Notes: generated by a model not told the origin, from the sequence alone. Counted from the stretch's first letter, positions 29,450 through 39,891 are shown. The stretch: 64,000 nt of DNA from an uncultured Thermoleophilia bacterium (GCA_963715985.1 CAVQSP010000003.1:55679-119678); one strand, 5' to 3'. Program-made: numbers and translations.

Positions 29450-31024
29450 TCAGTCCGCCAGCGCCACCAGCAGGTCGCCGCCTTTGACCAGCTCCAGAGC
29501 CGCGGCGATGTCCACGTCCAGAGGCCGGTCTTCCTCCAGCACCGGCACGCGTTCGCGCAGCACGGCGCGAGCACGCGCCGTGCGTGACCCCTGCGGTCGG
29601 CCGCGCAGGTCCACACCCTGGCAGGCGCAGAGAAGCTCGATGGCCAGCACGGTCTGGGCGTTCTCGATGATCTCGCGGGCGTGGCGGGCGGCGATGGCGC
29701 CCATGCTGACGTGGTCCTCCTGGTTGGCCGACGTCGGGATCGAATCCACGCTGGCCGGGTGGGCGAGCACCTTGTTCTCGCTGACCAGCGCCGCGGCCGT
29801 GTACTGGGCCACCATGAAGCCGTCGTTCAGGCCCCCGTCACGCGTCAGGAAGCCGGGAAGGCCGGCGCTCAAGGCCGGGTTCACCAGCCGTTCGGTGCGG
29901 CGTTCCGAGATGCTCGCCAGCTCGGCCACGGCGATGCCGAGGAAGTCCATGGCGAGCGCGAGCGGCTGGCCGTGGAAGTTGCCGCCGCTGAGGACGTCGC
30001 CGGCGATCGGCGACGCGGCGTCAGCAGCGCCGGCTTCGATGCCCACGGCGTCGTCAACGGGGAACACCAGTGGGTTGTCGGTGACGGAGCCGGTCTCGGT
30101 CTCCACGACGCCGCGCACGTAGGCGACGGCGTCGCGCGAGGCGCCGTGCACCTGCGGCATGCAGCGGAGGGCGTAGGCGTCCTGGACGCGCCCGTGGGAC
30201 GCCTGCTGCACGGCTGGACTGTCCGCCAGCAGCTTGCGCAGGTTGGCGGCCGTCGTGATCTGGCCGGGGTGCGGACGCGCCTCGTGCAGGCGTGCGTCGA
30301 AGGCGTCGGGAACGGCCTCGAGGGCCTCGGCCGTGAGGGCGCCGATCACGTCGGCCGTGTCGGCGAGGCGCGCGGCATCGCAGACGGCCAGCGCCCCCAG
30401 CGCCGCCATGGCCTGCGTGCCGTTGCAGAGCGAGAGGCCCTCCTTGGCGGCGAGCCGGACGGGCTCGATGCCCGCCGCCTGCAGAGCCTCCTTCCCGTAC
30501 ATAGTACGGTCGCTGGTCTCCGCTGCATGCGCCAAGGTCGCGCGGCCGCCGCCCATGAGCACCAGGGCGATGTGAGCGAGTGGGGCGAGGTCGCCGGAGG
30601 CGCCCACCGAGCCTTTGCTCGGCACCACCGGCAGCACGCCCCGCTCGAGCATCGCCACGAGCGTGTCCACGATGACCGGCCGCACTCCCGAGAGTCCGGC
30701 CGCCAGGGAGTTGGCGCGCAGCAGCAGCATGGCGCGCACGACCTCGGCCGGGAACGGCTCGCCGACGCCGGTGCAGCAGCTGGTCACGAGGTGCTCCTGC
30801 AGCCGCTCGACGTCGGCGTCGGCGATGCGCACGTCGGCGAGCCGACCGAAGCCCGTGTTCACGCCGTACACCGGGTCGCCGCGCCGCAGCTTGTCCTCGA
30901 TCACGGCGCGGCTGCGCGCCATGCTCGAGTACGCCTCGAGCGCGACCGTCACGGAAGCGCCTTCGCGCGCGACGCGCGCGACGTCCTCCACGCTCAGGCT
31001 GCTGCCGTCTATGCGCACGGTCAT
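29450..31024 (-). CDS. hutH: MIO-dependent histidine ammonia-lyase homologue with altered specificity residue
   Basis: YGVNTGFG, GSVGASGDLAPLAH, KEGLSLCNGT, VQDAYALRC, SANQEDHVSMG; LVTSC where histidases have SH. Confidence 0.85.
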   Translation of the reverse strand: MTVRIDGSSLSVEDVARVAREGASVTVALEAYSSMARSRAVIEDKLRRGDPVYGVNTGFGRLADVRIADADVERLQEHLVTSCCTGVGEPFPAEVVRAMLLLRANSLAAGLSGVRPVIVDTLVAMLERGVLPVVPSKGSVGASGDLAPLAHIALVLMGGGRATLAHAAETSDRTMYGKEALQAAGIEPVRLAAKEGLSLCNGTQAMAALGALAVCDAARLADTADVIGALTAEALEAVPDAFDARLHEARPHPGQITTAANLRKLLADSPAVQQASHGRVQDAYALRCMPQVHGASRDAVAYVRGVVETETGSVTDNPLVFPVDDAVGIEAGAADAASPIAGDVLSGGNFHGQPLALAMDFLGIAVAELASISERRTERLVNPALSAGLPGFLTRDGGLNDGFMVAQYTAAALVSENKVLAHPASVDSIPTSANQEDHVSMGAIAARHAREIIENAQTVLAIELLCACQGVDLRGRPQGSRTARARAVLRERVPVLEEDRPLDVDIAAALELVKGGDLLVALAD

Positions 31025-31114
31025 CCCGTCGCTCCGCTACGCCCAACCACCGAGGGGCGCGGGGACTGTCCGCCCCCGACCGAGCGCCGGTCAGACCCGG
31101 GACCCACCCGGGAT

Positions 31115-31200
31115 GAGGTTCGGATCGGCGCTTTCAATGGACCGTACGTCTGACAGCATCGTTGCTTGAACACGCGATGCGGACCATGCCTTCCGCCGGC
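31115..31200 (+). repeat. Dispersed palindromic intergenic element, copy A
   Basis: TTTCAA(31132)-N5-CGTACGT-N16-TTGAA-CACGCGATGCGGACCATGCC. Confidence 0.75.
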
Positions 31201-31253
31201 GACCTGGCCACGCCGACGCTGCCCCAGCGACGCCCCTTGGGCGACCCCCCACC

Positions 31254-32138
31254 TCACACGTTCATCTCGATGGTCTGCGTCATCGAGAAGTCGTGGATCT
31301 GCAGGTAGTACCGCACGACCTCCTCGAGGGCGCCGAGCGGCACCGGACCCACGAGCTCGGCGCTCGCCACTGTCACGCCGTAGCGGGCGGCCTCGGCCTT
31401 GATGGCCTCCATCACACGAGGGATGGGCGTCTGCGTGTAGTTGGTCAGATTCATGGAGACCTGCGTCATGCCGGTGCCGGTGAGGTCCAGGCCGATGGCG
31501 CGCACGTAGCGAAAGCCGCCGTTGAGGTTGCGGACTGCGTGGGCGATCTTCGTCGCGATGTCGAGCTCGTCGGTACGCAGGTTCACGTTGAAGGCCACGA
31601 GGGGGAAGCGCGCCGCGACCTGCGTGGCTCCCGACTTGGGCACAAACTCCGCCGGTCCTTCATCCGGTCTCCAGAACGGATCCGCGAGCTTCTCCGGCAG
31701 CGCCTCGTATTCGCCCTTGCGCACGTCGACGAGGTTCCTGCGCTCGGGGCGCGTGGCCGCGTCCTCGTAGTAATACACCGGCACACCGAGGCCGCCCAGG
31801 AAGGCGCCGAACTCGCGGGCGACGGCCACGGCCTCCTCTGTGGTCGTCTCCCCCACGGGGATGAACGGCACGGTGTCGAGGGCGCCGTGGCGCGGGTGGC
31901 TGCCGCTGTGCGTGGTCATGTCGACCATCTCGAGGACGGCGGCGGCGAACTTCTTGGTCGCCTCGAGCACGGCCTGCGGCTCGCCGAGGTACGAGTACAC
32001 GGAGCGGTTGTGGTCCTTGTCCGCGGAGAGGTCGATGAGCTTGACGCCGGGCTGCGCCTTGATGAGCTCGACGAGCTTGTCGACCTTGGCCTGGTCGCGG
32101 CCCTCGCTCACGTTGGGCACGCACATGAGGATCTTCAT
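31254..32138 (-). CDS. fctD: Glutamate formiminotransferase
   Basis: MCVPNVSEGRD, DKDHNRSV, HSGSHPRHGALD, LVAFNVNL, QVSMNL. Confidence 0.9.
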   Translation of the reverse strand: MKILMCVPNVSEGRDQAKVDKLVELIKAQPGVKLIDLSADKDHNRSVYSYLGEPQAVLEATKKFAAAVLEMVDMTTHSGSHPRHGALDTVPFIPVGETTTEEAVAVAREFGAFLGGLGVPVYYYEDAATRPERRNLVDVRKGEYEALPEKLADPFWRPDEGPAEFVPKSGATQVAARFPLVAFNVNLRTDELDIATKIAHAVRNLNGGFRYVRAIGLDLTGTGMTQVSMNLTNYTQTPIPRVMEAIKAEAARYGVTVASAELVGPVPLGALEEVVRYYLQIHDFSMTQTIEMNV

Positions 32139-32791
32139 GATGACTCCTTGGGGGGCGAGGCGGAGGCGGACGCCGGCGGAGCCTCCGCGCGGAGGCGCAG
32201 CTCCGCGGCTTCGGCGAGCAGGGCCCGGGCCTCCGGCACGTCGTCCATGCCGGCCACGTTGACGTCGATGTTGGCGGCGGCGCCGAGCACGCCGACCTCG
32301 GCGAGCCGCAGGGCCACCGCGAGATCTGAGGCGGCCGAGTCGTTGGAGCGGCCGCTGAGCTCGCGGCACAGGTCCAGCACCTTGGCGGCGCGGCGCGCGT
32401 TGTCGCGCGGCACCGTGGCGGCGGCGATGAGGGCGCCCTGGATGGCCGCCTGCCGCGCCGCCTTCTCGGCCTCGTCGCCCTTGGGCAGCGAGTACGCGGC
32501 CTTGATGAGCGAGTAGGCGGCCGCGTCGGCGGCGGCGCCCTCGGCGAGCGCGTCGCGCAGCTCCTCGGCCTCGGCCGCGCAGGCGCGGTAGCGCTCGTCG
32601 CCGAGCTCCAGGCCCTTGCCCACGGAGAGGCGGGCCACCATACCCATCAGGCCCGCCGCCATGGCGCCGGAGAGGGCGGCGGCGGAGCCGCCGCCCGTTG
32701 TGGCGTCGCCGGCGTCCAGGATGAGCGCCAGGACGCCGTGCAGCTCGTCGCTCACGTGCGGCCGTGCGCCGCCGTCGTCCTGCGCAGCCAT
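32135..32791 (-). CDS. fchA: Formiminotetrahydrofolate cyclodeaminase family protein
   Basis: TGGGSAAAL, MVARLSVGK, AYSLPK, AATVP, ASDL, NIDVN. Confidence 0.85.
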   Translation of the reverse strand: MAAQDDGGARPHVSDELHGVLALILDAGDATTGGGSAAALSGAMAAGLMGMVARLSVGKGLELGDERYRACAAEAEELRDALAEGAAADAAAYSLIKAAYSLPKGDEAEKAARQAAIQGALIAAATVPRDNARRAAKVLDLCRELSGRSNDSAASDLAVALRLAEVGVLGAAANIDVNVAGMDDVPEARALLAEAAELRLRAEAPPASASASPPKESS

Positions 32792-34071
32792 CAGTCGCCC
32801 GCCCGGTGGCGCTCGACGACCAGCTCGCCGCGCTTGTAGACGCGCTCCACCACGTTGCCTCCCAGCCTGTAGATGGCGTGCTCGTACTGCGGCACGTCCC
32901 AGATCTGCACGTCGGCAAGCTTACCCGCTGCCAGCACTCCTCGGTCATCGAGGGCGAGGGCGCGGGCGCCGCCGGCGGTGGCCGCCCACACGGCCTCCGC
33001 CGGGCTCATGCGGTAGAGCCGGCAGGCGAGCGCCATGACGAACTGCTGCGACTCTGCCCAGCAGCCGGGGCAGATGTCCGTGGCCAGGGCGAGCGTCATG
33101 CCGGCGGCGATGAGGGTGCGGGCGTCGAACGGGCGCGGGTGACGCACGGCGAAGTCGAGGGCAGGCATGATGACACCGACCACGCCGGCCGCAGCCATCT
33201 TCTCCATCACCTCGGGCGGCGTGAAGTTGAGGTGGTCGGCCGAGACCATGCGCATCTCGGCGGCCACATCGGTGCCGCCGATGTACGAGTAGGCGTCGGC
33301 GTGGATCTTGGGCTCCATGCCGGCGGCGCGGCACGCCTCCAGGATGCGCCGTGACTCCTCCGCCGTGTAGTAGCCGTCGTCGCACCACACGTCGGCGAAC
33401 TCGGCGAGACCCTCTTGCGCGATCAGAGGGGTCATCTCCTCACAGAGGATGTCGATGTAGCGGTCCCGCGCCACCTCGGGCGGGAAGCCGTGCGCCCCGA
33501 GGAACGTGGAGAGCACGTCGACCGGCGAGGCGGCGTCGAGCGCCCTGTTGACGCGCAGCAGCTCGAGCTCCGTCTCGGTGGCGAGGCCGTAGCCGCTCTT
33601 GCTCTCGACCGTGGTGGTGCCGGCGGCGAGCATCCCGCTGAGGCGCACCGCGGACTGGGCGAGAAGCTCCAGCGAGGTCGCCTCGCGCGTGCGCGACACC
33701 GTCTCCATGGGGCCGACGCCGATGCCGCGCGCGCGGATGGCGTCCATGTCGGAGGTCGTCATCTTGGCGGCGTACTCGTCCACGCGGGAGCCGCCGAACA
33801 CGAGGTGCGTGTGGCTGTCCACGAAGCCCGGCGCCACCACCTTGCCGCGCGCGTCCACGACCTCGGCGGCGGAGCAGTCCGCGGCCGCCTCGACGGCCGC
33901 GCGGCCGCCGGCCGCCAGGATGGTCTCGCCGGCGATGGCCAGCCAGCCGCCGGCGACGACGCCCGCGTCGTACTCGTCGCCGGCGCACGTGACCAGCTGC
34001 GCTGCGTCGGCGATCACCAGGTCGGCGCGCGGACGCCGGCCGCCACCAGCCGTCGTCTCGCCCTCAGACAT
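32791..34071 (-). CDS. hutI: Imidazolonepropionase-like amidohydrolase
   Basis: PGFVDSHTHLVFGGSR, GTTTVESKSGYGL, TFLGAH, KIHAD, SADHL, ALATD. Confidence 0.87.
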   Translation of the reverse strand: MSEGETTAGGGRRPRADLVIADAAQLVTCAGDEYDAGVVAGGWLAIAGETILAAGGRAAVEAAADCSAAEVVDARGKVVAPGFVDSHTHLVFGGSRVDEYAAKMTTSDMDAIRARGIGVGPMETVSRTREATSLELLAQSAVRLSGMLAAGTTTVESKSGYGLATETELELLRVNRALDAASPVDVLSTFLGAHGFPPEVARDRYIDILCEEMTPLIAQEGLAEFADVWCDDGYYTAEESRRILEACRAAGMEPKIHADAYSYIGGTDVAAEMRMVSADHLNFTPPEVMEKMAAAGVVGVIMPALDFAVRHPRPFDARTLIAAGMTLALATDICPGCWAESQQFVMALACRLYRMSPAEAVWAATAGGARALALDDRGVLAAGKLADVQIWDVPQYEHAIYRLGGNVVERVYKRGELVVERHRAGD

Positions 34072-34103
34072 CGTCACCCTCGCCGTTGACGATCGCTGGG
34101 CCG

Positions 34104-35825
34104 TCAGCCCTCGAGGTCCCGCGGCCCGAACGTCGCCTTGCGCGTCCACCAGAGCGGCACCTTGATGCTCTCGTCGGTGAGCGGACCCGCCCGTTGGCCA
34201 CGTCCCTGGCGGCCTCGTAGCCGGCCTGGGCGTGACGGATCACGCCGATGCCGGAGTCCACCGTCAGCGACACGGAGAGTCGCAGGTCGGCCTCCTCGGT
34301 GCCGTCGGCGATCATCGTGACGCCGGTGTGCACGGCCTCGCCCATCGAGTAGTTCGCCTGGCCGGCGATGAGGTCGGCCATGCCGCAGGAGTTCAGAAGG
34401 CCGTTGAGCACCGGCCAGTCGCTGATGAGGTCGCCGCCGTCCGCCATGTTCTCGGACTCGAACGTCGGGTTCACGATGGAGCCGGAGTCGAGGTTGTCGC
34501 GGGAGAAGGCCACCGGCCCCTTGACCTCGCCCTTGCGGATCAGGTCGTTGACGGCCAGGCCGAACTTCTTGCGCTGGCCGAAGCCCAGGTAGCAGATGCG
34601 CGCCGGCAGCGCCTCGATCGGGATGTGCTCGCGGGCCAGCTTGATCCAGCGCGTCACCAGCAGGTCGTCGGCGAACAGCTCGAGGCAGAGGTCGTCGAGG
34701 CGCGCCAGGTCGCTCGCCTCGCCGCTCACGCAGGTCCAGCGGAACGGGCCCCGGCCCTCGCAGAACAGCGGGCGGATGTACTCGCTGACGAAGCCGGGGA
34801 TCGTCATGGCCTCCGCCTCGGGCATGCCGGCGTCGCGGCACTCCTTGCGGATGCTGGTGCCGTACTCGAACGTGGGCACGCCGGCGGCGAAGAACTTGTT
34901 CATCGTGCGCAGCTGGCTCATCATGCTCTCCCGCGCGCGCCGCAGGTACTCCTCACGGTTCTCGACGCGCAGCACAGCGGCCTCGTCCGGAGTGAGGCCC
35001 GCCGGGATGTACGAGATGGGGTCGTGGCACGGGCACATCTCAGTGACGATGTCCGGCCGGAAGCCCTTGTCGTAGGCCTCCTGGAACAGCTCCGCCGCGT
35101 TGCCCACCACGGCGATGCCGAGCGGCTTGCCCTCGGCGGCCGTCTTCTTCGCCAGCTCGATGGCCTCGTCCAGCGAGCCGACCTTGCACGTCGATGAACT
35201 TCTTCTCGATGCGGCGGTCGATGACGCGTTGGTCGGCGTCCACCACGATGCCCACGCCGCCGTGCATCGTCATGGCGCGCGTCTGGTTGCCGCCCATGCC
35301 GCCGGCGCCGGCGGTGAGCAGGATGCGGCCCACGAGCGAGTCGTCGTAGCACTTGCGGGCGATGGCCGAGAACGTCTCGAAGGTCCCCTGGATCACGCCC
35401 TGCGTGCCGATGTACTCCCACGGGCCGGCCGTGTACTGGGCGAACATCGTGAGGTTCTTGTCCTGCAGGTCGTAGAAGATGGGCCAGGTGGCCTTCATGA
35501 TGTTGGTGTTGGCCATCACCACGCGCGGCGCCAGCCGGTGCGTCTGGAACACGGCCACCGGCATGCCGGACTGCACCACGAGGGTCTCCTCATCGCCCAG
35601 CTCCTTGAGCGCCGCGACGATGGCGTGGTACGACTCCCAGTTGCGCGCGCACTTGCCGATGCCGCCGTAGATGACGAGCTCCTCCGGCTTCTCGGCGTTC
35701 TCCATGTTGTTCTCGAGCATGCGCAGGATCGTCTCCTGCTTCCAGCCTTTGCAGCGCAGCGTGGGGCCGCGCTGGGCCTTCACGGAGTAGAGGATCTCGG
35801 GCTTGGGTGTCTGGGAGTCGGCCAT
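34104..35825 (-). CDS. hutU: Urocanate hydratase homologue, non-canonical; frameshifts near 35185 and 34190
   Basis: ELVIYGGIGKCARNW, YIGTQGVIQGT, YIRPLFCEGRGPFRW, LPARICYLG, SRDNLDSGS. Confidence 0.87.
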
Positions 35826-35952
35826 TGGTCTCAATCCCTTTCTGAGCGTCGGCGTTCGCGCGGGCCCGCAGAGAGGGCGCGGCCACGGGGGCGCGAGCGG
35901 GCACGCCTACACTGATGGGGCCGCGCCCACGGCGCAACGAGGCATCGCCGTG

Positions 35953-35968
35953 TTCCCATATGTGGGAC
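35953..35968. promoter_or_regulatory. Candidate operator TTCCCATATGTGGGAC in the hutU/IclR divergent promoter
   Basis: 14/16 match to palindrome GTCCCACATGTGGGAC, between divergent genes. Confidence 0.6.
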
Positions 35969-36080
35969 TGGATTTCCGCGGCGCGACAGACGACGGAGCC
36001 TGCCGAGTCGCGTATCATGGTCTTGCCGGGTGCGGGCGGACCGCCCCGAGTGCGACATGTGCAGGCTGCGGGAGGCTGTT

Positions 36081-36962
36081 TTGACGACGCGACCAGTGGA
36101 CGACGACGAGCTGACGGGCGGCGGCGTACCCGCGCGTTCGGCGGCCCGCGCGTTCGACATTCTGGAATACCTCAGCCGGCGCACGCAGCCGGCCTCGTCC
36201 GGCACCATCGGTCTGGAGTGCGGCATCCCCAAGTCCAGCCTGCACAACCTGCTGAACCTGATGAAGAAGCGCCGCCTCGTCACGCACCACCCCCACGACA
36301 AGACGTGGAGCCTGGGCCCGCGCCTGTTCGAACTGACGCCGGAGGCGCCGCTGCTGGTGCACGCTCTCGCCGTGCTGCGCGCCTTCGCCGCGAGCCCCAC
36401 CGGGCTCACCCTGCGGGAGATGGGGCTGCGCGCCGAGCTGCCGCAGGCCGTGGTGAGGCGCGTCGTCCCGGTGATGGAGGAGGCCGACCTGCTGTGGGCC
36501 CAGCCCGACGGCAGCTACCGGCTGGGCCTCGAGCTCTTCAGCCTCGCCGCCCAGGTCGCCTGGGTGGACCGCCTGCGGGTGCTGGCGCGGCCGGTGCTCA
36601 CGCAGCTCCGCGACTCCACCCGCGAGACGGCCAACCTGGCGGTGATGGACGGCGATCTCGCGATCTACGTGGAGCAGGTGGAGAGCCGCCAGGCGCTGCG
36701 GTACGGCGGCTGGCTGGGGCGCCGCATCTCCCTCGAGGGCACGGCGCTCGGGGCGGCCCTGCGCGATCCGTCCCAGGTGCACATGGCCGACGGCGCCGTG
36801 GAAGAGGGTGTCATGGCCATAGCCTGCGGCGTGGAGGGCACGTTCCCGCCGGCGGCCGTGAGCCTGCTCGCCCCCAGCTGGCGCATCGAGCGCTGGGGCA
36901 CGGAGTCGGCCGGCCGCCTGGTGGCTGCCGCCGCGCGACAGCTGGCAGACCTGCTGGCCTGA
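36081..36962 (+). CDS. IclR-family regulator with two tandem wHTH domains
   Basis: RAFDILE…IPKSSLHNLL…WSLGPRL, then ALAVLRAF…YRLGLELF, then ETANLAV effector domain; GGGAGG before TTG 36081. Confidence 0.82.
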   Translation: MTTRPVDDDELTGGGVPARSAARAFDILEYLSRRTQPASSGTIGLECGIPKSSLHNLLNLMKKRRLVTHHPHDKTWSLGPRLFELTPEAPLLVHALAVLRAFAASPTGLTLREMGLRAELPQAVVRRVVPVMEEADLLWAQPDGSYRLGLELFSLAAQVAWVDRLRVLARPVLTQLRDSTRETANLAVMDGDLAIYVEQVESRQALRYGGWLGRRISLEGTALGAALRDPSQVHMADGAVEEGVMAIACGVEGTFPPAAVSLLAPSWRIERWGTESAGRLVAAAARQLADLLA

Positions 36963-36964
36963 CG

Positions 36965-37080
36965 CCGCCGGCTCGGCGCCACACCCGCCGCCCCGCGCCC
37001 GCGCCGCCCGCGCACACGCCGCCCGCCCCGCGCCGCCCGCGCCGCCCGCGCACCCGCGCCGCCCCCGCGCCCGCGCCGCG
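36965..37080. repeat. C/G-only low-complexity tract
   Basis: Degenerate CCCGCGCCG iterations with almost no A/T. Confidence 0.6.
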
Positions 37081-37125
37081 ATTGCCACCCTCGTCAGTCG
37101 CGCAGTCTGGCTCTACGATGCGGAC

Positions 37126-37581
37126 GTGGCAGGTCCAGACGCATACCTCATTGAGAGCACACCTCTCATCGTCCCCATCTCGGAGCTTCGCCTCGACGCC
37201 GCCGGCGTGTTGCGACAGGCATCAGGCTCCAGCAGACCCGTCTACGTGACGCAGCGCGGCCGCCTCACCGCCGTCCTGCTGGCGCGCCCGATGTACGAGC
37301 GTCTCATCCGCGAGCACGAGATCCTGTGCCGGATGGTGCGGGGCGACCTCGACGTGGTCCCTGAGCCCGGCGCGGCGCTCGAGGAGGTCCTGCGACGCGG
37401 AGAGCGCGCCCTCGCGGAGGAGCGCCTCGCCACGGCGCGTGAGCTGGCGGCCGAGGCGCGCCGCCTGGAGGATCGTGAGCGCGAGCCTCCCGAGCGTCAG
37501 GCGGAATGCACACTGGAGGCGTTCTTCGAAGAGTTCGGCATCGAACCCACGTGGCCGGGCGGAACCGCCTCCGGGACGTGA
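37126..37581 (+). CDS. Phd/YefM-family antitoxin-like protein (no adjacent toxin)
   Basis: IVPISELR…PVYVTQRGRLTAVLL…YERL pattern. Confidence 0.7.
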   Translation: MAGPDAYLIESTPLIVPISELRLDAAGVLRQASGSSRPVYVTQRGRLTAVLLARPMYERLIREHEILCRMVRGDLDVVPEPGAALEEVLRRGERALAEERLATARELAAEARRLEDREREPPERQAECTLEAFFEEFGIEPTWPGGTASGT

Positions 37582-37640
37582 CTCGCAAAGGCGTCCGACG
37601 CGCCTCAGCCGCTGCCCCGCCGGTACGCGCGTACGGCCCG

Positions 37641-37724
37641 CCGGAGGGCATTGTCCGAACCGCGATTTCAAGCAAGAACACCGTTGCACGTACGCTCAGT
37701 TGAAACAGCGGGTTCGAATGTCCG
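37641..37724 (-). repeat. Dispersed palindromic intergenic element, copy C
   Basis: Minus strand TTTCAA(37705)-N5-CGTACGT-N16-TTGAA-ATCGCGGTTCGGACAATGCC. Confidence 0.75.
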
Positions 37725-37740
37725 TCGCGGCCGGGGGGGC

Positions 37741-37830
37741 GCAGGCCCGGGCGGGAGCACGCAGGCCCGGGCGGGAGCACGCAGGTTCGGGCCGGGGGCG
37801 CGGGTTCGGGCCAGGGGGCGCAGGGTCGAG
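37741..37830 (+). repeat. Short tandem repeat (about 20-bp unit)
   Basis: GCAGGCCCGGGCGGGAGCAC twice exactly, then degenerate units. Confidence 0.65.
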
Positions 37831-37844
37831 CGGAGGCGTTCAGG

Positions 37845-39243
37845 TCAGGCCGTGATGCGGGTCGCCAGCCGCTCGAAGAACTCCGCCTGGAGCCGCAGGT
37901 CGTCGACGGCGATGCGTTCGTCCACGCCGTGCAGCCGCCGGGCCACCTCGCGGAAGTCCTCGCGTACGTAGGGGCAGAATCCGTAGGCGACCGCCGCCGG
38001 GAAGGCTTCGCGCACATGCGCCGAGTCCGTGAACCACGAGCCGAGCTCACCGATCACGCGGGAGCCGGGCACCACCTCGTTCAGCGTGGCGGCGATGGCG
38101 TCGCGTAGCGGACCCGCAGGGGTCGAGCGATTGCCGGACACGATGTCGCAGGAGAGCAGTGACCACTCGGCCGTGACGCCGGACAGGGCGCGCTCGAGCT
38201 CGCGGCGGACGTCCTCCTCCGTCTGCTCCGGCAGGATGCGGCAGTCTACGTGCACCTCCGCCGCCGGCGGGATGACGTTGACGGCGTCACCCTGCGTGCG
38301 CACCACGGTGGCGACGAACGTGAGGCCCAGCAGCGGCTCGATGAGGGCGGCCAGCCCGGCGTCGCCGGCCGCCAGCTCGCGCACCGCGCGCTGCGCCGTC
38401 GCGGGGTCCTTGAGGCGCTCGCGCAGGGCGCCGTCCTCGACGGTCAGGTCGATGAGCTCCCCGGGGATCGACGCCTCATCGACCTCGGGCTCGTAGGCGT
38501 CGAGCGCGGCCAGGACCGCGGCCAGGCCGCTCACCGCATTGCCCTGGTGCAGCGGCATGGAGCCGTGGGCGGCGCGACCCGTCACGCGGATCTTCGTGTT
38601 GGCGTAGCCCTTCTCGCCGGTGTGGAGTATGAACAGCGGGCCGGCGGGGGCGTGCGGCATGCTCCAGCCGCCCTCGTTCACCGTGAAGTCCGCGCGCAGC
38701 AGGTCCGGGTGGTGCGCGAGCAGCCAGCGTGCCCCACAGCGCACACCGGTCTCCTCGTCCGCGGTGGCCGCGAAGACGAGGTCGCCGCGAAGCGGCGACC
38801 CGGCGGCGGCGCGGCGCGCCAGACGGACGAAGGCGACCGCCTGCGCGGCCAGCTGGTGCTTCATGTCCACGGCGCCGCGTCCCCACACGTAGCCGTCGCG
38901 GACGCGGCCGGAGAAGGGCGGCTCCTGCCAGCCCCGCCCGTCGGCCGGCACGACGTCGAGGTGCCCGAGCAGGAGCAGTGAGCGCCCGCCGCCGCTGCCG
39001 CGCAGGCGGGCGACGCAGTTGCCGACCTCGGGGGCCTCGCCGACGGTCGTGGCCTCCACTCCGTGGGCGGCGAAGAACTCCGTCAGCACCGCGAGCGCCG
39101 GGCGCACGTCGCCCGGCGGGTTGCTGGTGTCGGCGCGGATGAGCCGGGCCAGCAGGTCGACGACCTCGGCCGGGTCGCCGTCGGGGCGGGGCGGGTCGCG
39201 GGGCGGAGGCGTCCGGGGACCCGGCGGCGCGCGGGTCGTCCAC
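37845..39243 (-). CDS. M20/M25/M40 metallo-hydrolase (peptidase/deacylase); 5' end uncertain
   Basis: LLGHLDVVP, WGRGAVDMK, ATADEE, NEGG, GRAAHGS, NVIP, LHGVDERI. Confidence 0.88.
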
Positions 39244-39258
39244 GGCGGCTCGCGCGGC

Positions 39259-39891
39259 TCAGCCGCCGCGCGCGAGCTCCTGGACGGCCGGCCAGACACG
39301 CTCCATGATGCCGGCCGTCTCGGCGGTGATCTCGGCGGCGCGCGCCAGCAGGGCGTCACGCGCCGCCTCGTCCTTGAGCGACGGCACGTTGATCTCCACG
39401 TTGAGCACGCCGCCGGCCACGCCGGTCGCAGCCATCTGGGCCGCGACACCGAGGTCGCTGGCCGCCGCGCTGTTGAAGCCGCCGCAGACCGTCTCGATGA
39501 TCCGCAGGACCTCGAGGCACTCCTCGGCGGTGGCCAGCGGCACGTCGGCCGCGTTGCGGATGGCCACCTGGATCTGCGCAGACCGCGCCGCCTTCTCGTC
39601 GTCGGTCTGCTTGGGCAGCCGGTACGCCGCGACGACGTCCAGATAGGCGTCGGTGTCGCGGTCGACGGCCGCCATCAGCGCGGCGCGCAGCTCTTCGACA
39701 CGCGCCAGCGCCTGCTCCAGGCCGGCCTGCCCGTCCTCGAGGCCGGCCCGGCCCAGACTCAGCCGGCAGACCATGGCCACGAGGCCGGCGGCCATGCCGC
39801 CGGCGGCCGCGGCCACGCTGCCGCCGCCAGGGGCCGGGGAGTCCGTCGCCAGCTCGGCGGCGAACCCCGACAGTGTCAGTTCAGTGAGCAT
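39259..39891 (-). CDS. fchA: Second formiminotetrahydrofolate cyclodeaminase family protein
   Basis: SPAPGGGSVAA, DRDTDAY, AYRLPK, ASDLGVA, LNVEIN. Confidence 0.87.
   Translation of the reverse strand: MLTELTLSGFAAELATDSPAPGGGSVAAAAGGMAAGLVAMVCRLSLGRAGLEDGQAGLEQALARVEELRAALMAAVDRDTDAYLDVVAAYRLPKQTDDEKAARSAQIQVAIRNAADVPLATAEECLEVLRIIETVCGGFNSAAASDLGVAAQMAATGVAGGVLNVEINVPSLKDEAARDALLARAAEITAETAGIMERVWPAVQELARGG

Noticed and set aside
27365-29587. Long Arg/Gly/Ala-rich ORFs antisense or out of frame to real genes (here and throughout)
   Set aside because: Shadow ORFs expected at this GC content; no recognisable motifs
29450-31024. Calling the 29450 lyase an ergothionase
   Set aside because: It keeps the ASG/MIO motif and GFM; the 47025 gene is the better candidate
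37741-37830. CRISPR array
   Set aside because: Units are adjacent without unique spacers and no cas genes are present
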